Shown: positions 1-13,007 of the stretch, in pieces | Numbering within the stretch: position 1 is the stretch's first letter | How the letters are laid out: every line of letters starts with the position of its first letter | Assembly: GCA_964016885.1 (NCBI GenBank) | Contig: OZ024742.1 | Location: forward strand, 334,242,001-334,306,000 | Source: Eledone cirrhosa | Lineage: Eukaryota | Length of the DNA stretch: 64,000 nt | Reading direction: 5' to 3' | The notes under the pieces: model-generated | What the model was told of the DNA's origin: nothing | What the model saw: the letters and a program-made list of their open reading frames with translations, nothing else | Databases searched by the model: none | Made by a program: the position numbers and the translations under genes

Positions 1-93
1 AATCCGTATGGTAAGCAAATGGGGTCCCACGTGTGGGCCTCCCCACAGCCCCGACGGACAGGATAGAGAAGGCGTTTCCCAGGAGGATTGTAA

Positions 94-190
94 GGGAGAT
101 GCGCTGGAAGAGCCATTCCAACTCGCGCGGCTAACACCTACGGCTGGCCAGCTCACGCCTATGGTGGTGAATAGGGAGGTTCTAAACCCT
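94..190. repeat. Dispersed repeat also present at 63905-64000 (possibly a CR1-like 3' remnant)
   Basis: gcgctggaagagccattcca..atggtggtga is shared by both window ends. Confidence 0.55.
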
Positions 191-1149
191 TGACGAACGA
201 TAAAGATTCTTCACGTTTAAAATTTTCTTAGATTCAAGCAATTGTAATATGTGGCAATGGATGCAGGGTTTAAATTTGAATAATTTACATGTATGTTTTG
301 GACCTCTGTCGATACCAGGAGGTTCAGGTCAATCGAACAAATGTATAGCTTGCTACTGAAATTAACTTACTATGCCTGAGAATTTCTCAGTCGCGTGTAT
401 CATTAATGTAGTTTTCAGCGAGATTCAACATGACACAAGTGTGATAAAGCTGACCTTCTAATACACAACTGTTGTAACATTATAACATTAGCGCCAAACA
501 TTTGTCTGTTTAAAAAGTTTACAAAAGCAAAGAAATGGTTTTATCAGTAGAATTAAGTGAGAAATGTAGCCGCAAGTATTGAGGGAGATATTGTATTTCC
601 CAGGAAGAAACATCCGCATTTTTTCAAAGCGTTTGGATATGCATTTTTTGTGAGTATAATTTACAATGTATGGTTTTCTTTTAGTTGCCTGAGGGTCCTT
701 TCAGAGTGACTCTTTATGTATCGATATTGCCAACCTTTGTTGCACGGGTCCTTCCTCCCCCGCTCCTTTCATGCTGGAAGCACCAATTTCTACATCTCTA
801 ACTCAGAATAGTGCTGTACTTTCCTTTTTCGATGTATTGTATTACATTTTTCTTTTGATTTGTCTATTTTTTTTACTTGTGGGACCTGGCTGAATATTTA
901 TCTTTATCACAATCAACCTCGATTTCCTAACTACTTTTAAATAAGCTAATCATGTGCTCCTTCATCCGTATGTGCAGTACATACGTATCAAGGAGCAGAT
1001 GGCGTGGAGAGCTGTTTCTGTTAAAAAAACATCTCAACAGATGCCGCAGCTAAGACATTGAGGTCACTTAGAGGCGAGATAAAGGAATATAGGCAATTTG
1101 GAAATCAAAGAGGCCATTATCATAAGTCGTGAAAGAACAAAAATAAATA

Positions 1150-1331
1150 ATTGTTTCTACTATTGACACAAGGCCAGCAATTACCCAGTACATTACTGGT
1201 ACTTTATTTTATCGACCCCGTAAGGATGAAAGGCAAAGTTAACCTCGGCGGGATTTGAACTCAGAATGGCAAGGGCGGTAACTATATGCGTCAAAGCATG
1301 ACGTCCGACACTCTACTGATACTGCCAATTC
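1150..1331 (-). mobile_element. tRNA-derived SINE with Deu/Nin-type domain
   Basis: B box gagttcaaatccc followed by ctttgcctttcatccttacggggtcgataaaataaagtaccag; many copies in the window. Confidence 0.85.
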
Positions 1332-1639
1332 TGGAAATACACGAAGGAGACAGGTTGCTATAGCGATTGACGCATGCGTATTTCAGATACACACATCCAT
1401 TGTTCGACTTGCTTTGAACTGTTTCAGCCCCACATTTCAATATTATTGGGTTAAACATTATTATGTTCTGTTTTATTTGTCATCATTTTTCTACCACTTT
1501 TTGAAAATTATCTGATTATCTATCTTTACTTCATATCTCACAATGCTTCGTATTAACTACACTACTTTATACACACACACACAGAAACACACATAAACAC
1601 ACACACACACACACACACACTTCAGACACACACATATAT

Positions 1640-2149
1640 ATAGGTATATATAAAGTTGTAGTTCCTGCCTGTTTGTTTGTTGGATGGTTGGTTGGTTCAC
1701 GAACTCCTCCTATGGTTTTGGAGATAGACCCCTTTAACTATATATATTCTGAAACCACATTGCCCAGGGTACTTGGATAAGTTTATTTTATTTTAATCAA
1801 AGGGATCTCCCGGGGCACAAACCCCCGCTGAAAATGTTTTCCTTTCGGTTTATATGGAATTTAAAACATAGGTAAATGACCAATTTCAATAATATTAAGA
1901 CACCCTTAATGGTTAAAATTTTGAAAGCCCATAACTTGAGTATTGGAAGCACTGTTATCACGGGGCTTTTCTATTAATTAAACATAAATTAACAAATAAT
2001 AGCACCTCTTTTTTATTTTAAAATTTGGCTAATTTAGACATTTTATCTATCATCAGTAGAGTTATGACAACAAAAATTATCAACAAAATCATTATCTTCT
2101 TACCCCAAAAATGTGTGAAACGCAGCAAGACGCGGGTAATTCGGCTACT
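1640..2149 (+). mobile_element. Non-autonomous Helitron-like element
   Basis: TA-rich start followed by gtttgtttgttggatggttgg repeats; the end cgcagcaagacgcgggtaattcggctac-t resembles the hairpin plus CTAG terminus at 35684-35710. Confidence 0.55.
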
Positions 2150-2164
2150 ATATATATATATATC

Positions 2165-2450
2165 TAAGTCTAAAGTCTGTTTTAAGCCAGAGGGCTCATT
2201 TGGCCGGTGCTTATCCCGGTTTCATGGCGTGAAGCGACTGAGAGTACAAGACTCCCCCCTGGACAGGACGCCAGTCCATCGCAGGGTTAAACCTCCAGCT
2301 ATTGCTGGTACTCATCTTCAGCTAAGTAAACTGGAGCAACGTGAATAAAGTGTCTTGCTCAAGGAAACAACACACCACCCGGTCCGAGAATTGAACTCAC
2401 AACCTTTCGATTGCAAGCCTAATGCTCTAACCACTAAGCCATGCGCCTTC
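2165..2450 (-). mobile_element. tRNA-derived SINE with Meta/V-type central domain
   Basis: A box tggcttagtggttag, B box gagttcaattc, then ccttgagcaagacactt and ccctgcgatggactggcgtcctgtccagggg, with a short-repeat tail. Confidence 0.8.
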
Positions 2451-2474
2451 ACACACACACACACACGCACACAC

Positions 2475-2536
<62 letters not shown>

Positions 2537-3362
2537 GTGTGTGTGTTGACAAAACACAGGCTAGCCGTTTCTAAACAAAGCCTGCTTTGTGTCTCCCTAT
2601 TTATATACATATATATACCTGTTATGTATATATAGCTTCTAATTGCATAGAAGGAAGCATTGCTGGTGTGTTTGTGTAATGGTAACGAATTGATCCGGCA
2701 AACCAAAATTATGGGTTCGTGTTCCATGTACGTCATTACTCATTCTTTTTTTCCATTCAGAGGGTTTTTTTTTAAATCCCAACTAACAGTTAAACAAACA
2801 GGAATAATAAGGTAGCTACCAAAGAGCCAGAATATTTTCAAGTCGACCCTAAATATTACTAATAGCTCTAGGTCCGAAGTTCGTTCCTGGTCGCGAGTAG
2901 GGTTCCCAGTAGACGTTTTCAGTTTTTTTTTCCTTGGGATGTAAAATAAAAACTTATATGTACCTCTTGACCAGGATCTCCACCGGCTCTAGTAGCTACC
3001 AACAAGCCACCTAGACAGCTACGAAAAGCTACTGAAAATTCATACTTATAAACCTACGTTCAAAATGTTCAATACAAAATGTTCTGGTGTTGTTCATATC
3101 ATTCTTAATGTTATTACTCCTACTTAAGGTCGACTTCTAAATCATTTGGTTGTTCCATAAACTACATCCTCGTTTTGTTTCTCAACTATCTAGACTATAT
3201 TTTAACCTGTAATCAATGTTTCCCTTCTGTTGCACCTCATCCCACCCTCCACGTTATTTCTTTTTCTCTCTGTGATATTTGAATCTACTATGATTTGGGG
3301 TTATTTTATTCATACATATATGTTTTTGCATGTCAGTTAGATTCAAACTTGCATTGATTGGC

Positions 3363-3430
<68 letters not shown>

Positions 3431-3454
3431 TATAAATATATATATATATATATA

Positions 3455-4332
3455 TAGTAATAATAATAAAATTGAAGACTAAAATCCAGAAAGGGCTCGA
3501 TAAGGAAAATATATATCAGATATATAAGAACCGAAGAGCAAATATTTATTAAAATAACAGATTAAAGTTTAAGCAAAGAATCGCTGCTTTCACCCTTAAC
3601 GGGATCTTCTGAAACTAACAAAGTCAATCTGTAAACGCAGAACTGGATATTTCAAAAAACGTTGCAACCGGAGGAAGACAGGAAGACGATACTTTGGTTC
3701 ATGGTGACGTTAGCTGGCAAAGAACGGGAAAAAACGAATAATACGTCATTAATAGGAGCGGTGAAAAACAATTACGTGCAAGGACAGAACCACGTTTATG
3801 GTATAAAAGAGGTCGTAGACTAATGTTCTCTAAGTGGTGCATAGAGACGTTCTCTGGCAATGAACGAAAAAACGAAGATAATAAGTCATATGTGGAGCGT
3901 GGAGAACAATAGCGTGCTAAGACAAAACCACGTAAATGGTATAGCAGAAGTCGTAGACTAAAATTCTAACTAGGAGACCGAATGAATCTCCGCTACAGAG
4001 TTAAGAACAAAGTAAATAAATACAATACAGAAGTAATAGGAACAAATAAATACATACACGCAAACAGATATGTACATACACAAGCATACGCAAAACCTTA
4101 CCATAGGTATACAAAACCACGCACATATAAATATGTGCATGTGTGTATGCTTGTGTACAAATAAATAAATAATTATATAAACGTATATAAGTAAATAAAT
4201 ACGTATATAACAAGCGCACACACATACCTACAAATAAATACATGAAGGTTCGGAGACGTAAGTCAACTAAAACAAGAAGTACACATATACACACACCCAC
4301 CATACGTACGAACCTGCATACTCACGCAGACG
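3455..4332 (-). mobile_element. Inverted copy of the PLE 3'UTR/pLTR ending in (TA)n
   Basis: Near-identical reverse complement of 6234-7113; abuts the (TA)n tract at about 3366-3456. Confidence 0.93.
3566..3616 (-). ncRNA. Minimal hammerhead-like motif, inverted copy of 6953-7003
   Basis: Reverse complement of the 6953-7003 motif with differences only in loop 3. Confidence 0.7.
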
Positions 4333-6024
4333 GCCATCAATGAAATCAACGATGCTGGGTTTAAAATCACATCTGATCTCAACATCCTGGACCGGACCGA
4401 ACCCCTGGACCCTATTTCTCCCCACTTTACCCTGAAGGACCACAAATCCAATTTTCCGAACAACCCCTCTATTCGGCTTATTAACCCTACGAAGTCCGAT
4501 TTAGGTAGACTTACTAAAAGGATTCTTGATAGAATTATACCTGAAATTAGAAATTTGGCCCCTCTCGCACTGTGGAACAATTCTTTCGCGGTGATTGATT
4601 GGTTCAACGGCATATGTAACAAGGAACATTGTCGTTTTATCCAATTCGACATCAACAATTACTACTCCTCCATCACTTTACCACTTCTCCTTAGAGCTAT
4701 CAATTTCGCTAAAACACACACAGTGGTTAAGGATTTCGAAGTTGATGTCATCCTTAATGCCCGAAAGTCGGTGATTAATTTCGACGATTCTATTTGGATT
4801 AAAAAATCCAATAGTACCCCATTCGACGTGAGTATGGGCGCCAGTGACTCTGCGGAGGTTACTGATCTTATTGGCCTTTTCCTTCCTTTCTCTATCAAGG
4901 ACGAATTCCCCAACGCGGGCGGTGGTTTGTACCGTGACGATGGCCTTTTGACCATGACTAAGTGCGGACCTCGTGCTTGCGACAGATTCAGAAAAGAACT
5001 CACAGCCTTCTTTAAAGGCTTCAACCTCTCTATACAGGTTGAGGCCAATCTCTCGGTCGTTAATTACCTCGACGTTACCCTCAATTTATTGAATGGGTTG
5101 CATTACCCGTATAGAAAGCCGAATGATACGCTTAATTACATAAGTAAGCATTCCAACCATCCTGCCAGCATAACCAAGAACCTGGTAAAAAACGTTTCGT
5201 TGAGGCTTTCCCGTCTTTCCACCAACGAGCGCATTTTCAACGACCATTCCACTTATTACAATGAAGCTCTTGCTCGAAGTGGATTTGTCGATAAGGTAGC
5301 ATATACAGAGTACTAGAATAGACCTAGAAGAAATAGATCCCGTCGCATTTGTTGGTTTAACCCACCATATAATTTGGAGGTGGCCACACCATTAGCTAAG
5401 AACTTTCTTTCCCTTATTACGAAGCATTTTCCCCCTACACATAAATATAGTAACATTTTTAATAGAAACACTATTAAAAGTTCTTACTCAACGACTCCTA
5501 ACCTTGCACATAACATCACAGCTTCAAATTTAGCTAAAATACCTAGCCGTAGGAACACGTGCAACCCTGTAGTTAGTACTAACTGTAATTGTAGGAATCG
5601 GGCTGATTGCCCCTTATCCGGGAAATGCCTCTCTAGTAACATTGTCTACAAATGTAAGGTTGTAACACCCACGTCCCGTAGGGCCTACATAGGGTTAACC
5701 GCCAATAGTTTCAAGCAGCGTCTTTACATGCATACCCATTCTTTTCGTTACCCTCTAAGAAGGAATATGACGTCACTTTCAGCTTATATCTGGAGTCTAA
5801 AAGACAACCACACCCAATATAAGTTACACTGGGAGATCCTAGCTAGGGCTAGATCGTATAACGGAAATAAAAGACCATGTGACCTCTGCGCCGCTGAGGC
5901 CCTGGAAATACTCTACGTCACAGACCACATCTTAAACAAAAAATCTGAGGCAATTTCGGCTTGTAAACATAAATTGTACAAAACTTTCCTGTATTACAGC
6001 CCTATGTTATACCCTAACGGATAG
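4333..6024 (+). pseudogene. Penelope-like element (Naiad-type) RT + GIY-YIG ORF, 5'-truncated, one in-frame TAG at 5314-5316
   Basis: One reading frame from about 4333 gives FTLKDHK..RLINP, IQFDI, FDVSMG, GLYRDDGL and YLDVTL. After the TAG the same frame continues RNRSRRICWFNPPY, CNCR..CPL.G.CL, IVY..YIGLT..FKQR and CDLC..E..LNKKSE...CKH. Confidence 0.93.
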
Positions 6025-7156
6025 CACGATCTATACGTGGATATTTACGTCTTGATGTGGGAGCTAAGTATATGTTTTGTTTATTCCTTTACTTTTTGCA
6101 TAGGTAAGTATATATTACCCGTATGTTTTGTGAAGGTATGTATACCTTCTCGTACGTATATTTGACTGTTTTGGCGTATAATTTTTACATATTCTGGTAT
6201 TTAGGGCTTGGTTATGTGTATATGGGAGTTTTGCGTCTGCGTGAGTATGCAGGTTCGTACGTATGGTGGGTGTGTGTATATGTGTACTTCTTGTTTTAGT
6301 TGACTTACGTCTCCGAACCTTCATGTATTTATTTGTAGGTATGTGTGTGCGCTTGTTATATACGTATTTATTTACTTATATACGTTTATATAATTATTTA
6401 TTTATTTGTACACAAGCATACACACACACACACATATTTATATGTGCGTGGTTTTGTATACCTATGGTAAGGTTTTGCGTATGCTTGTGTATGTATGTAT
6501 TTGTTTGCGTGTACGTATTTATTTATTTCTATTACTTCTGTATTGTAGTTATTTACTTTGTTCTTAACTCTGTAGCGGAGATTCATTTGGTCTCCTAGTT
6601 AGAATTTTAGTCTACGACTTCTGCTATACCATTTACGTGGTTTTGTCTTTGCGTGCTATTGTTCTCCACGCTCCACATATGACGTATTATCTTCGTTTTT
6701 TCGTTCATTGCCAGAGAACGTCTCTATGCACCACCTAAGAGAACATTAGTCTACGACCTCTTTTATACCATAAACGTAGTTCTGTTTTTGCGTGTAATTG
6801 TTTTTCACCGCTCCTATTAATGACGTATTATTCGTTTTTTCCCGTTCTTTGCCAGCGAACGTTACCACGAACCAAAGTATCGTCGTCCTGTCTTCCTCCG
6901 GTTGCAACGTTTTTTGAAATATCCAGTTCTGCGTTTACAGATTGACTTTGTTAGTTTCAGAAGATCCCGTTAAGGGTGAAAGCACCGATTCTTTGCTTAA
7001 ACTTTAATCTGTTATTTAATAAATATTTGCTCTACGGTTCTTATATATTTGATATATATTTAACCTTATCGAGCCCTCTTTGGATTTTAGTCTTCAATTA
7101 TACTATTATTACTATTTGGCTCCCTCGGTTGAGCACTCTACTGACTTATATTCATC
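6025..7156 (+). mobile_element. 3'UTR/pLTR of the Naiad-type PLE, with an internal ~140-bp direct repeat (about 6608-6713 and 6747-6855)
   Basis: Lies between the GIY-YIG stop and the next ORF start, contains an HHR-like motif, and 6234-7113 recurs inverted at 3455-4332. Confidence 0.85.
6953..7003 (+). ncRNA. Minimal type I hammerhead-like motif (CAGAAGA core variant) in the PLE pLTR
   Basis: agttt CAGAAGA tccc-gttaa-gggt GAAA gca-ccgattctt-tgc TT aaact: stems I-III all pair; U4 is replaced by A. Confidence 0.7.
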
Positions 7157-7565
7157 ATGCAGAAACAACATTTGAATATTTCCTCAAAGAACATACCCGT
7201 ACCAAGCAGGAAAACATACCTAAAACTCCTGATACAGAAAACAGACGCGTTCATTAAAAGGTTGCGTTGGCGTGCCTTTTATTTCGATAATCCGCGAAAA
7301 GCAGACAACAAACAGGATAAATTTGGATTTAAAACCTATAATAACCTCCGTGGAACCCAGCATTGCTACCCTTCGAAAATGATGTGTTGGAACTCATTCG
7401 GAGTATCAAATTTCGGAATAGGAGCAATTCCTTCCAGCAAGACCTGAAGAATAGAATTCGTTCTATTAAGGATTCTAAAGCCGTCGACGTCCATTCCGAC
7501 AAAACTGGCAACCTATATCAAGTGGAGCGCAGTACTTACCATCAACTACTACATAATGCTGTAAC
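7157..7565 (+). pseudogene. N-terminal part of the Naiad-type PLE ORF (frameshifted) following the pLTR
   Basis: MQKQHLNISSKNIP..YLKLLIQKTDAFIKRLRWRA..GFKT, then FENDVLELIRSIKF..DKTGNLY..YHQLLHNAVT, which are typical PLE N-terminal motifs. Confidence 0.85.
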
Positions 7566-8204
7566 AAGCCAAACCCTAAATACCAGAATATATAAACAAT
7601 ATACGCCATAACAATCAAATATACGTACGAGAAGGTATACATACCTTCACAAAACATACGGGTAATATATACTTACCTATGCAAATAAGTAAAGGAATAA
7701 ACAAAACATATACTTAGCTCCCACATCAAGACGTAAAATATCCACGTATAGATCGTACTATCCGTTAGGGTATAACGTGGGGCTGTAATACAGTAAAGTT
7801 TTGTGCAATTTATGTTTACAAGCCGAAATTGCTTCAGATTTTTTGTTTAAGATGTGGTCTGTGGCGTAGAGTATTTCCAGGGCCTCAGCGGCGCAGAGGT
7901 CCCATGGTCTTTTATTTCCGTTATACGATCTAGCCCTAGCTAGTATCTCCCAGTGTAACTTATATTGGGTGTGGTTGTCTTTTAGACTCCAGATATAAAC
8001 TGAAAGTGACGTCATATTCCTTCTTAGAGGGTAACGAAAAGAATGGGTCTTCATGTAAAGACGCTGCTTGAAACTATTGGCGGTTAACCATATGTAGGCC
8101 CTACGGGACGTGGGTGTTACAACCTTACATTTGTAGACAATGTTACTAGAGAGGCATTTCCCGGATAGGGGGCAATCAGCCCGATTCCTACAATTACAGT
8201 TAGT
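7566..8204 (-). mobile_element. Inverted copy of the PLE GIY-YIG region plus proximal 3'UTR
   Basis: Reverse complement of about 5578-6213; ORF 7758..8054 is nearly identical to the C-terminus of ORF 5374..6024. Confidence 0.93.
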
Positions 8205-9482
8205 TAAGATAAATCAAAGTGAATTTAATCTAAATCAAAATTATGGGTGTCATGCCACAAGGCATGCGCCATATCATCCGTAAAATACGCTCCAAGATTC
8301 TAATGAATAGGTCCGAGCATGTATAACAACTAGAAATTGATTAACATATAAATAAACATATGAAACAATCACAGGGGATAATTTTTACAAGTGTGTAAGC
8401 ACACACAGCCAGGTAGGTAACAAAATAAAGTTAACTTGAATTTCAAAAATAGATACCTTATAATATGATTAATCTTCCCTGTATATATTCCATTAAAGAA
8501 ATATATTTCACCAATTAATCAAATGGTAAACCACGGATGCCGATACTTGGATTTTCAACAAGGAAGAAGTCCAGCTGTCTGTGTTTACGCATTAAGTTCA
8601 AATCAGCGACTGGCCAGTAACACGTGCTGTATCTACTAAAGTGTACACACATTATACCAGCTTCGTCCCAGTGGCGTGAATAGGGTTATCGACAACTAGA
8701 AACACAGTCAAGTCCTTTCAACAGAGTTAGCTCTACAATTAAGGAGCCGTATTTATATATCTATATCCAAAATTAAGATAAATCAAAATGAATTTAATCT
8801 AAATCAAAATTATGGGTGTCATGCCACAAGGCATGCGCCATATCATCCGTAAAATAAGCTCCAAGATTCTAATGAATAGGTCCGAACATTTTATAACAAC
8901 TAGAAATTGATTGACATATAAATAAACATATGAAACAATCACAGAGCTTATTTTACGGGTGATATGGCGCATGCCTTGTGGCATGACACCCATAATTTTG
9001 ATTTAGATTAAATTCATTTTGATTTATCTTAATTTTGGATATAGATATATAAATAGGTCTCCTTAATTGTAGAGCTAACTCTGTTGAAATGACTTGACTG
9101 CTGTTTGTAGTTGTCGATAACCCTATTCACGCCACTGGAACGAAGCTGGTATAATGTGTGTATTTTTAGTAGATACAGCACGTGTTACTGGTCAGTCGCT
9201 GATTTGAACTTAATGCGTAAACACAGACAGCTGGACTTCTTCCTTGTTGAAAATCCAAGTATCGGCATCCGTGGTTTACCATTTGATTAATTGGTGAAAT
9301 ATATTTCTTTAATGGAATATATACAGGGAAGATTAATCATATTATAAGGTATCTATTTTTGAAGTTCTAGTTAACTTTATTTAGTTACCTACCCAGCTAT
9401 GTGTGCTTACACACTTGTACAAATTATCCCCTGTGATTGTTTCATATGTTTATTTATATGTTAATCAATTTCTAGTTGTTAT
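8203..9482. repeat. Non-coding ~570-bp tandem unit with a fold-back arm, ending in (TA)n
   Basis: 8203-8374 repeats directly at 8773-8944; 8946-9482 is the reverse complement of about 8322-8861. Confidence 0.85.
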
Positions 9483-9586
9483 ATATATATATATATATAG
9501 TGGTAGAACACTGGAAGGCAATATCCGTAGTAGTAGTGGTAGAGCACTCAGTCCATATATACCATATATATATATATATCTATCTA

Positions 9587-9622
<36 letters not shown>

Positions 9623-10786
9623 ATATATATAGAGAGAGATATATATAGATATATGTAAGTGTATATATATGTGTATGTATATGGAAGCGTATGTATATGT
9701 AAGTATATATATATATATATACTTACATATACACATGCATGTGCATGTATGAATTGTGTATATGTACAATATATTTACATGAAACGTATTGTTTGTATAT
9801 TTAATTATATCAATTTTTCCCCTTATTATAATCTTGAGTACGTCTTTTTAGTACTCGTTTATTTATTCAACGACCTCTTCGAGCAGTTTGAACTAAAGGA
9901 TTTGCATATAGGCAAGTGCTTTTCCATTGAATTGCCATTATGATTGTTTTTTTTGCTCCAAAATATCAGGATATAATTAATTGTTTTCCCACAAGCTTTT
10001 AGTTCATATATATATTCATAGAATTATAAGAACTTAATGTAAGTAAGTTGTTAAAAGTGCAAAATGCTGTCAATGACAGCGTCGGGTAAAATTTACCTCA
10101 AATAATAGAAATCAGAGGTTAAAGGTGTGTTGGCTCGCATTAATGATAAGAAGAAAGGGGAAAAGGAAGATGGATGATATCACACAAACATTTATATACA
10201 CTCATCAGCTTTTAGACCGACTGTGGTTTTACACGTTTTACCTAAATGTCCCACGTAAAATAGTCGGCTTGTTTGTGCACAAGAAAACTAAATATTTCTG
10301 TTGGTATGATATTTGCATACGAAAGGAACAAATTATATAGACCAACAGACTGGTTAGAGAGAGAAAGAGAAAAATAAAGACCAGCGTGCAAAGCCTACAG
10401 CGATCAGATTAGTGAATTAGTTTAGCGGGCTTTGACGGGACGGTCGTTAACAACAACTGGCGGTTCGCCCTGAAAAGAGTGATTACAATAAGGTCAATTA
10501 GGTTCATTAAGGCTTTAACAATAGACAAAAAATAGAGTAAAGAGAGATGTATCAGTTGTTCAGGATTGGTGGGGTACATGAGTAGCCATTGTTGGGTTCG
10601 CCCCCTTTTAATTGTTTTATTTATTTTGTTAATTGTTATTGTTTTCATACATATTTTTATTCAATGTTTTTTGTAAAGCCCCATTTTCCCTATGTTTTTG
10701 TATTATCCCTTATATGTAGGCCCTAGTTGTCAGATTGCTGGCCTTGTGCCTATAGAAGAAACAATTATTATTATTATTATTATTAT

Positions 10787-10841
<55 letters not shown>

Positions 10842-11049
10842 TGTTGTTGTTGTGTTAACGGATGTATTTTAAGAAGTCTCCATTTTTCTATTTAAATATG
10901 GGAAGGTAACTTAAATATATAGCTTTAAATTGGGGATCCTCCAAAACATTCAGTCGGTGTCTGAAAGAATATATTTCTTTTACTAACCTGAATGCATGTT
11001 CGAAGATGTTTTTTCATCATCGATGACATCAGCCCATTATTTCCAAGAG

Positions 11050-11450
11050 GGCGGTGGATTGGCAGTATCGGTAGAGGATCGGACGCCATGCTTTCCAGCA
11101 TAGTTATGTCCCTTTACGATCCGAGTTCAAATCCCGCCGAGGTTGACTTTGCCTTTCATCCTTACGGGGTCGATAAAATAAAGTACCAGTAATGAACTGG
11201 GTAAATTTGCTGGCCTTGTGCCTAAAGTAGAAACAATTATTTCCAAATGTCGGGGGATTGGCAGTATCGGTAGAGGGTCGGACACCATGCTTTGCAGCAC
11301 AGTTACGTCCCTTTACGGACTGAGTTCAAGTCCCGCCGAGGTTAACTTTGCCTTTCATCCTTACAGGGTCGATAAAATAAATTACCAGTAATACACTGGG
11401 ATAATTGCTGGCCTTGTGCCAAAAAGTAGAAACAATTATTTCCAAATGTC
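11050..11450 (+). mobile_element. Tandem pair of Deu/Nin-type SINEs
   Basis: Two ~200-bp head-to-tail copies, both ending gaaacaattatttccaaatgtc. Confidence 0.85.
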
Positions 11451-11566
11451 ATTTTACATATATTTTCTCATTAGTGATAGGAATAATAAAACCTGATTAC
11501 AAATATTCCCTGCAATTGTTCAATATTTGGATGTGTGTGTTGCCACTGTGTCGACCATTTACAACA

Positions 11567-11616
11567 CAATATAAGAATGATCTTATTTTCAGGAGTTATT
11601 TTCCTCTCATCAGTTA
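11567..11616 (-). ncRNA. Degenerate hammerhead-like motif
   Basis: Minus strand reads taa CTGATGA g agga-aaataac-tcct GAAA ataaga-tcat-tcttat a ttg. Stems II and III pair but the register is off by one nucleotide. Confidence 0.4.
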
Positions 11617-12776
11617 GAAAAAGTGCGAGCTGAGTTCAGAGTGTAAATTATTATTATTAATGATGCATCCTCTGGGAGTTTCCATGATTAACATTAAATC
11701 ATACGACTTTCAGAATAACGTATAGACACATGTACACTTAACGGAATTCTCAGGCAGAACCAATGCGACAGTAATTCAGCTAGTACCTTTGGAATATAGG
11801 TACAGTGCGTCTGGCCGATTTCCAAAGTTTCAGTCTATCTAATTTCATTCTCACCGTTTCAATTCACCCATGGTTATGGTAAAAAATGCTTGTTCTATTT
11901 CAACGCAAAGGGATCGAACCTGGGTCGTCATGATTGCAAAGTGAACTTCATTACTTCTCAACCATGGATATGTCCTTAGTAACAGTACGTGTCATATGGT
12001 TAAACATTTACACAAGCTATCGCATAGAACCACCCACATTCTTTAATGAAGTTTTGAATGTTATAGCTCACACCTCTGCTGGTATAGCTGTCGCCGTATG
12101 AAGTATGATTCATAAGAGCTTTCTTGGATTTTTTAGTAATAGGGCCATCAGTCCAAGCATTGAAAGTAACGTGAAATGAAACATATTACTAAACAACTTC
12201 ACGCGACACTCGGTCTACGGGTCGCAATCACGACCTTATGATCGTGAATCTAACGTCCTAACATCTGGGCAACTGATCAACTGATGATTGGCAATGTAGA
12301 ATTTTAGGAATTTGTTTGGAAACACACACGTTTCACCGCTGCTACAAATTAATCTGAATTCAGTATATTGGAATCACAAACAGACAAAAAAATACTGGTG
12401 TATCTCAATTGGCTCTGCATGCATTGTGTGTAGGTGTGGGCTCGTTTCCTTGAACGGGTGACTCGTAGAAGTTCTTGAGCAAGACTATTCATTATATGTT
12501 GCATTTACAAGATAGGACTGACGCAGACAAAATCCTCCGCTGAGATACAACTTCGTAGAAGGTGAACTAAAATTGCATCCCTTCATTCGTTTCTTTTAAG
12601 GGTTTCAGTCATTAAACTTCGACCATGCTGAGGCACCGTCTTCATTTAATCCATCATATCAAGCGAAGTATTTATTTTTTCGAATTCTAGTTATATCTAT
12701 AACTATATCTAATCTCATCGTGATATATATATATATCAGTTGTGAGAAAAACCACAGACCCTCCATCTCAACTCTA

Positions 12777-12812
12777 CTTTTGAAAAGCAGAAGAACTGCG
12801 AAACCGGTAAAG
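12777..12812 (+). ncRNA. Minimal hammerhead ribozyme, C3U/G8A compensatory variant, in a short insert between TA tracts
   Basis: ctt TTGAAAA gcag-aagaa-ctgc GAAA ccgg TA aag, with palindromic loop 3 CCGG. Confidence 0.7.
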
Positions 12813-12850
12813 GAACCAAATAAATATATATATATATACGCATATATATC

Positions 12851-13007
<157 letters not shown>

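Noticed and set aside
2380-2450. tRNA gene
   Set aside because: A and B boxes are present but continue into a SINE body, with no complete cloverleaf or terminator.
5314-5316. Possible selenocysteine recoding, reported for some Naiad PLEs
   Set aside because: The interrupting codon is TAG, not TGA, and lies in a linker; the GIY-YIG cysteines are ordinary Cys codons. A simple nonsense mutation is more likely.
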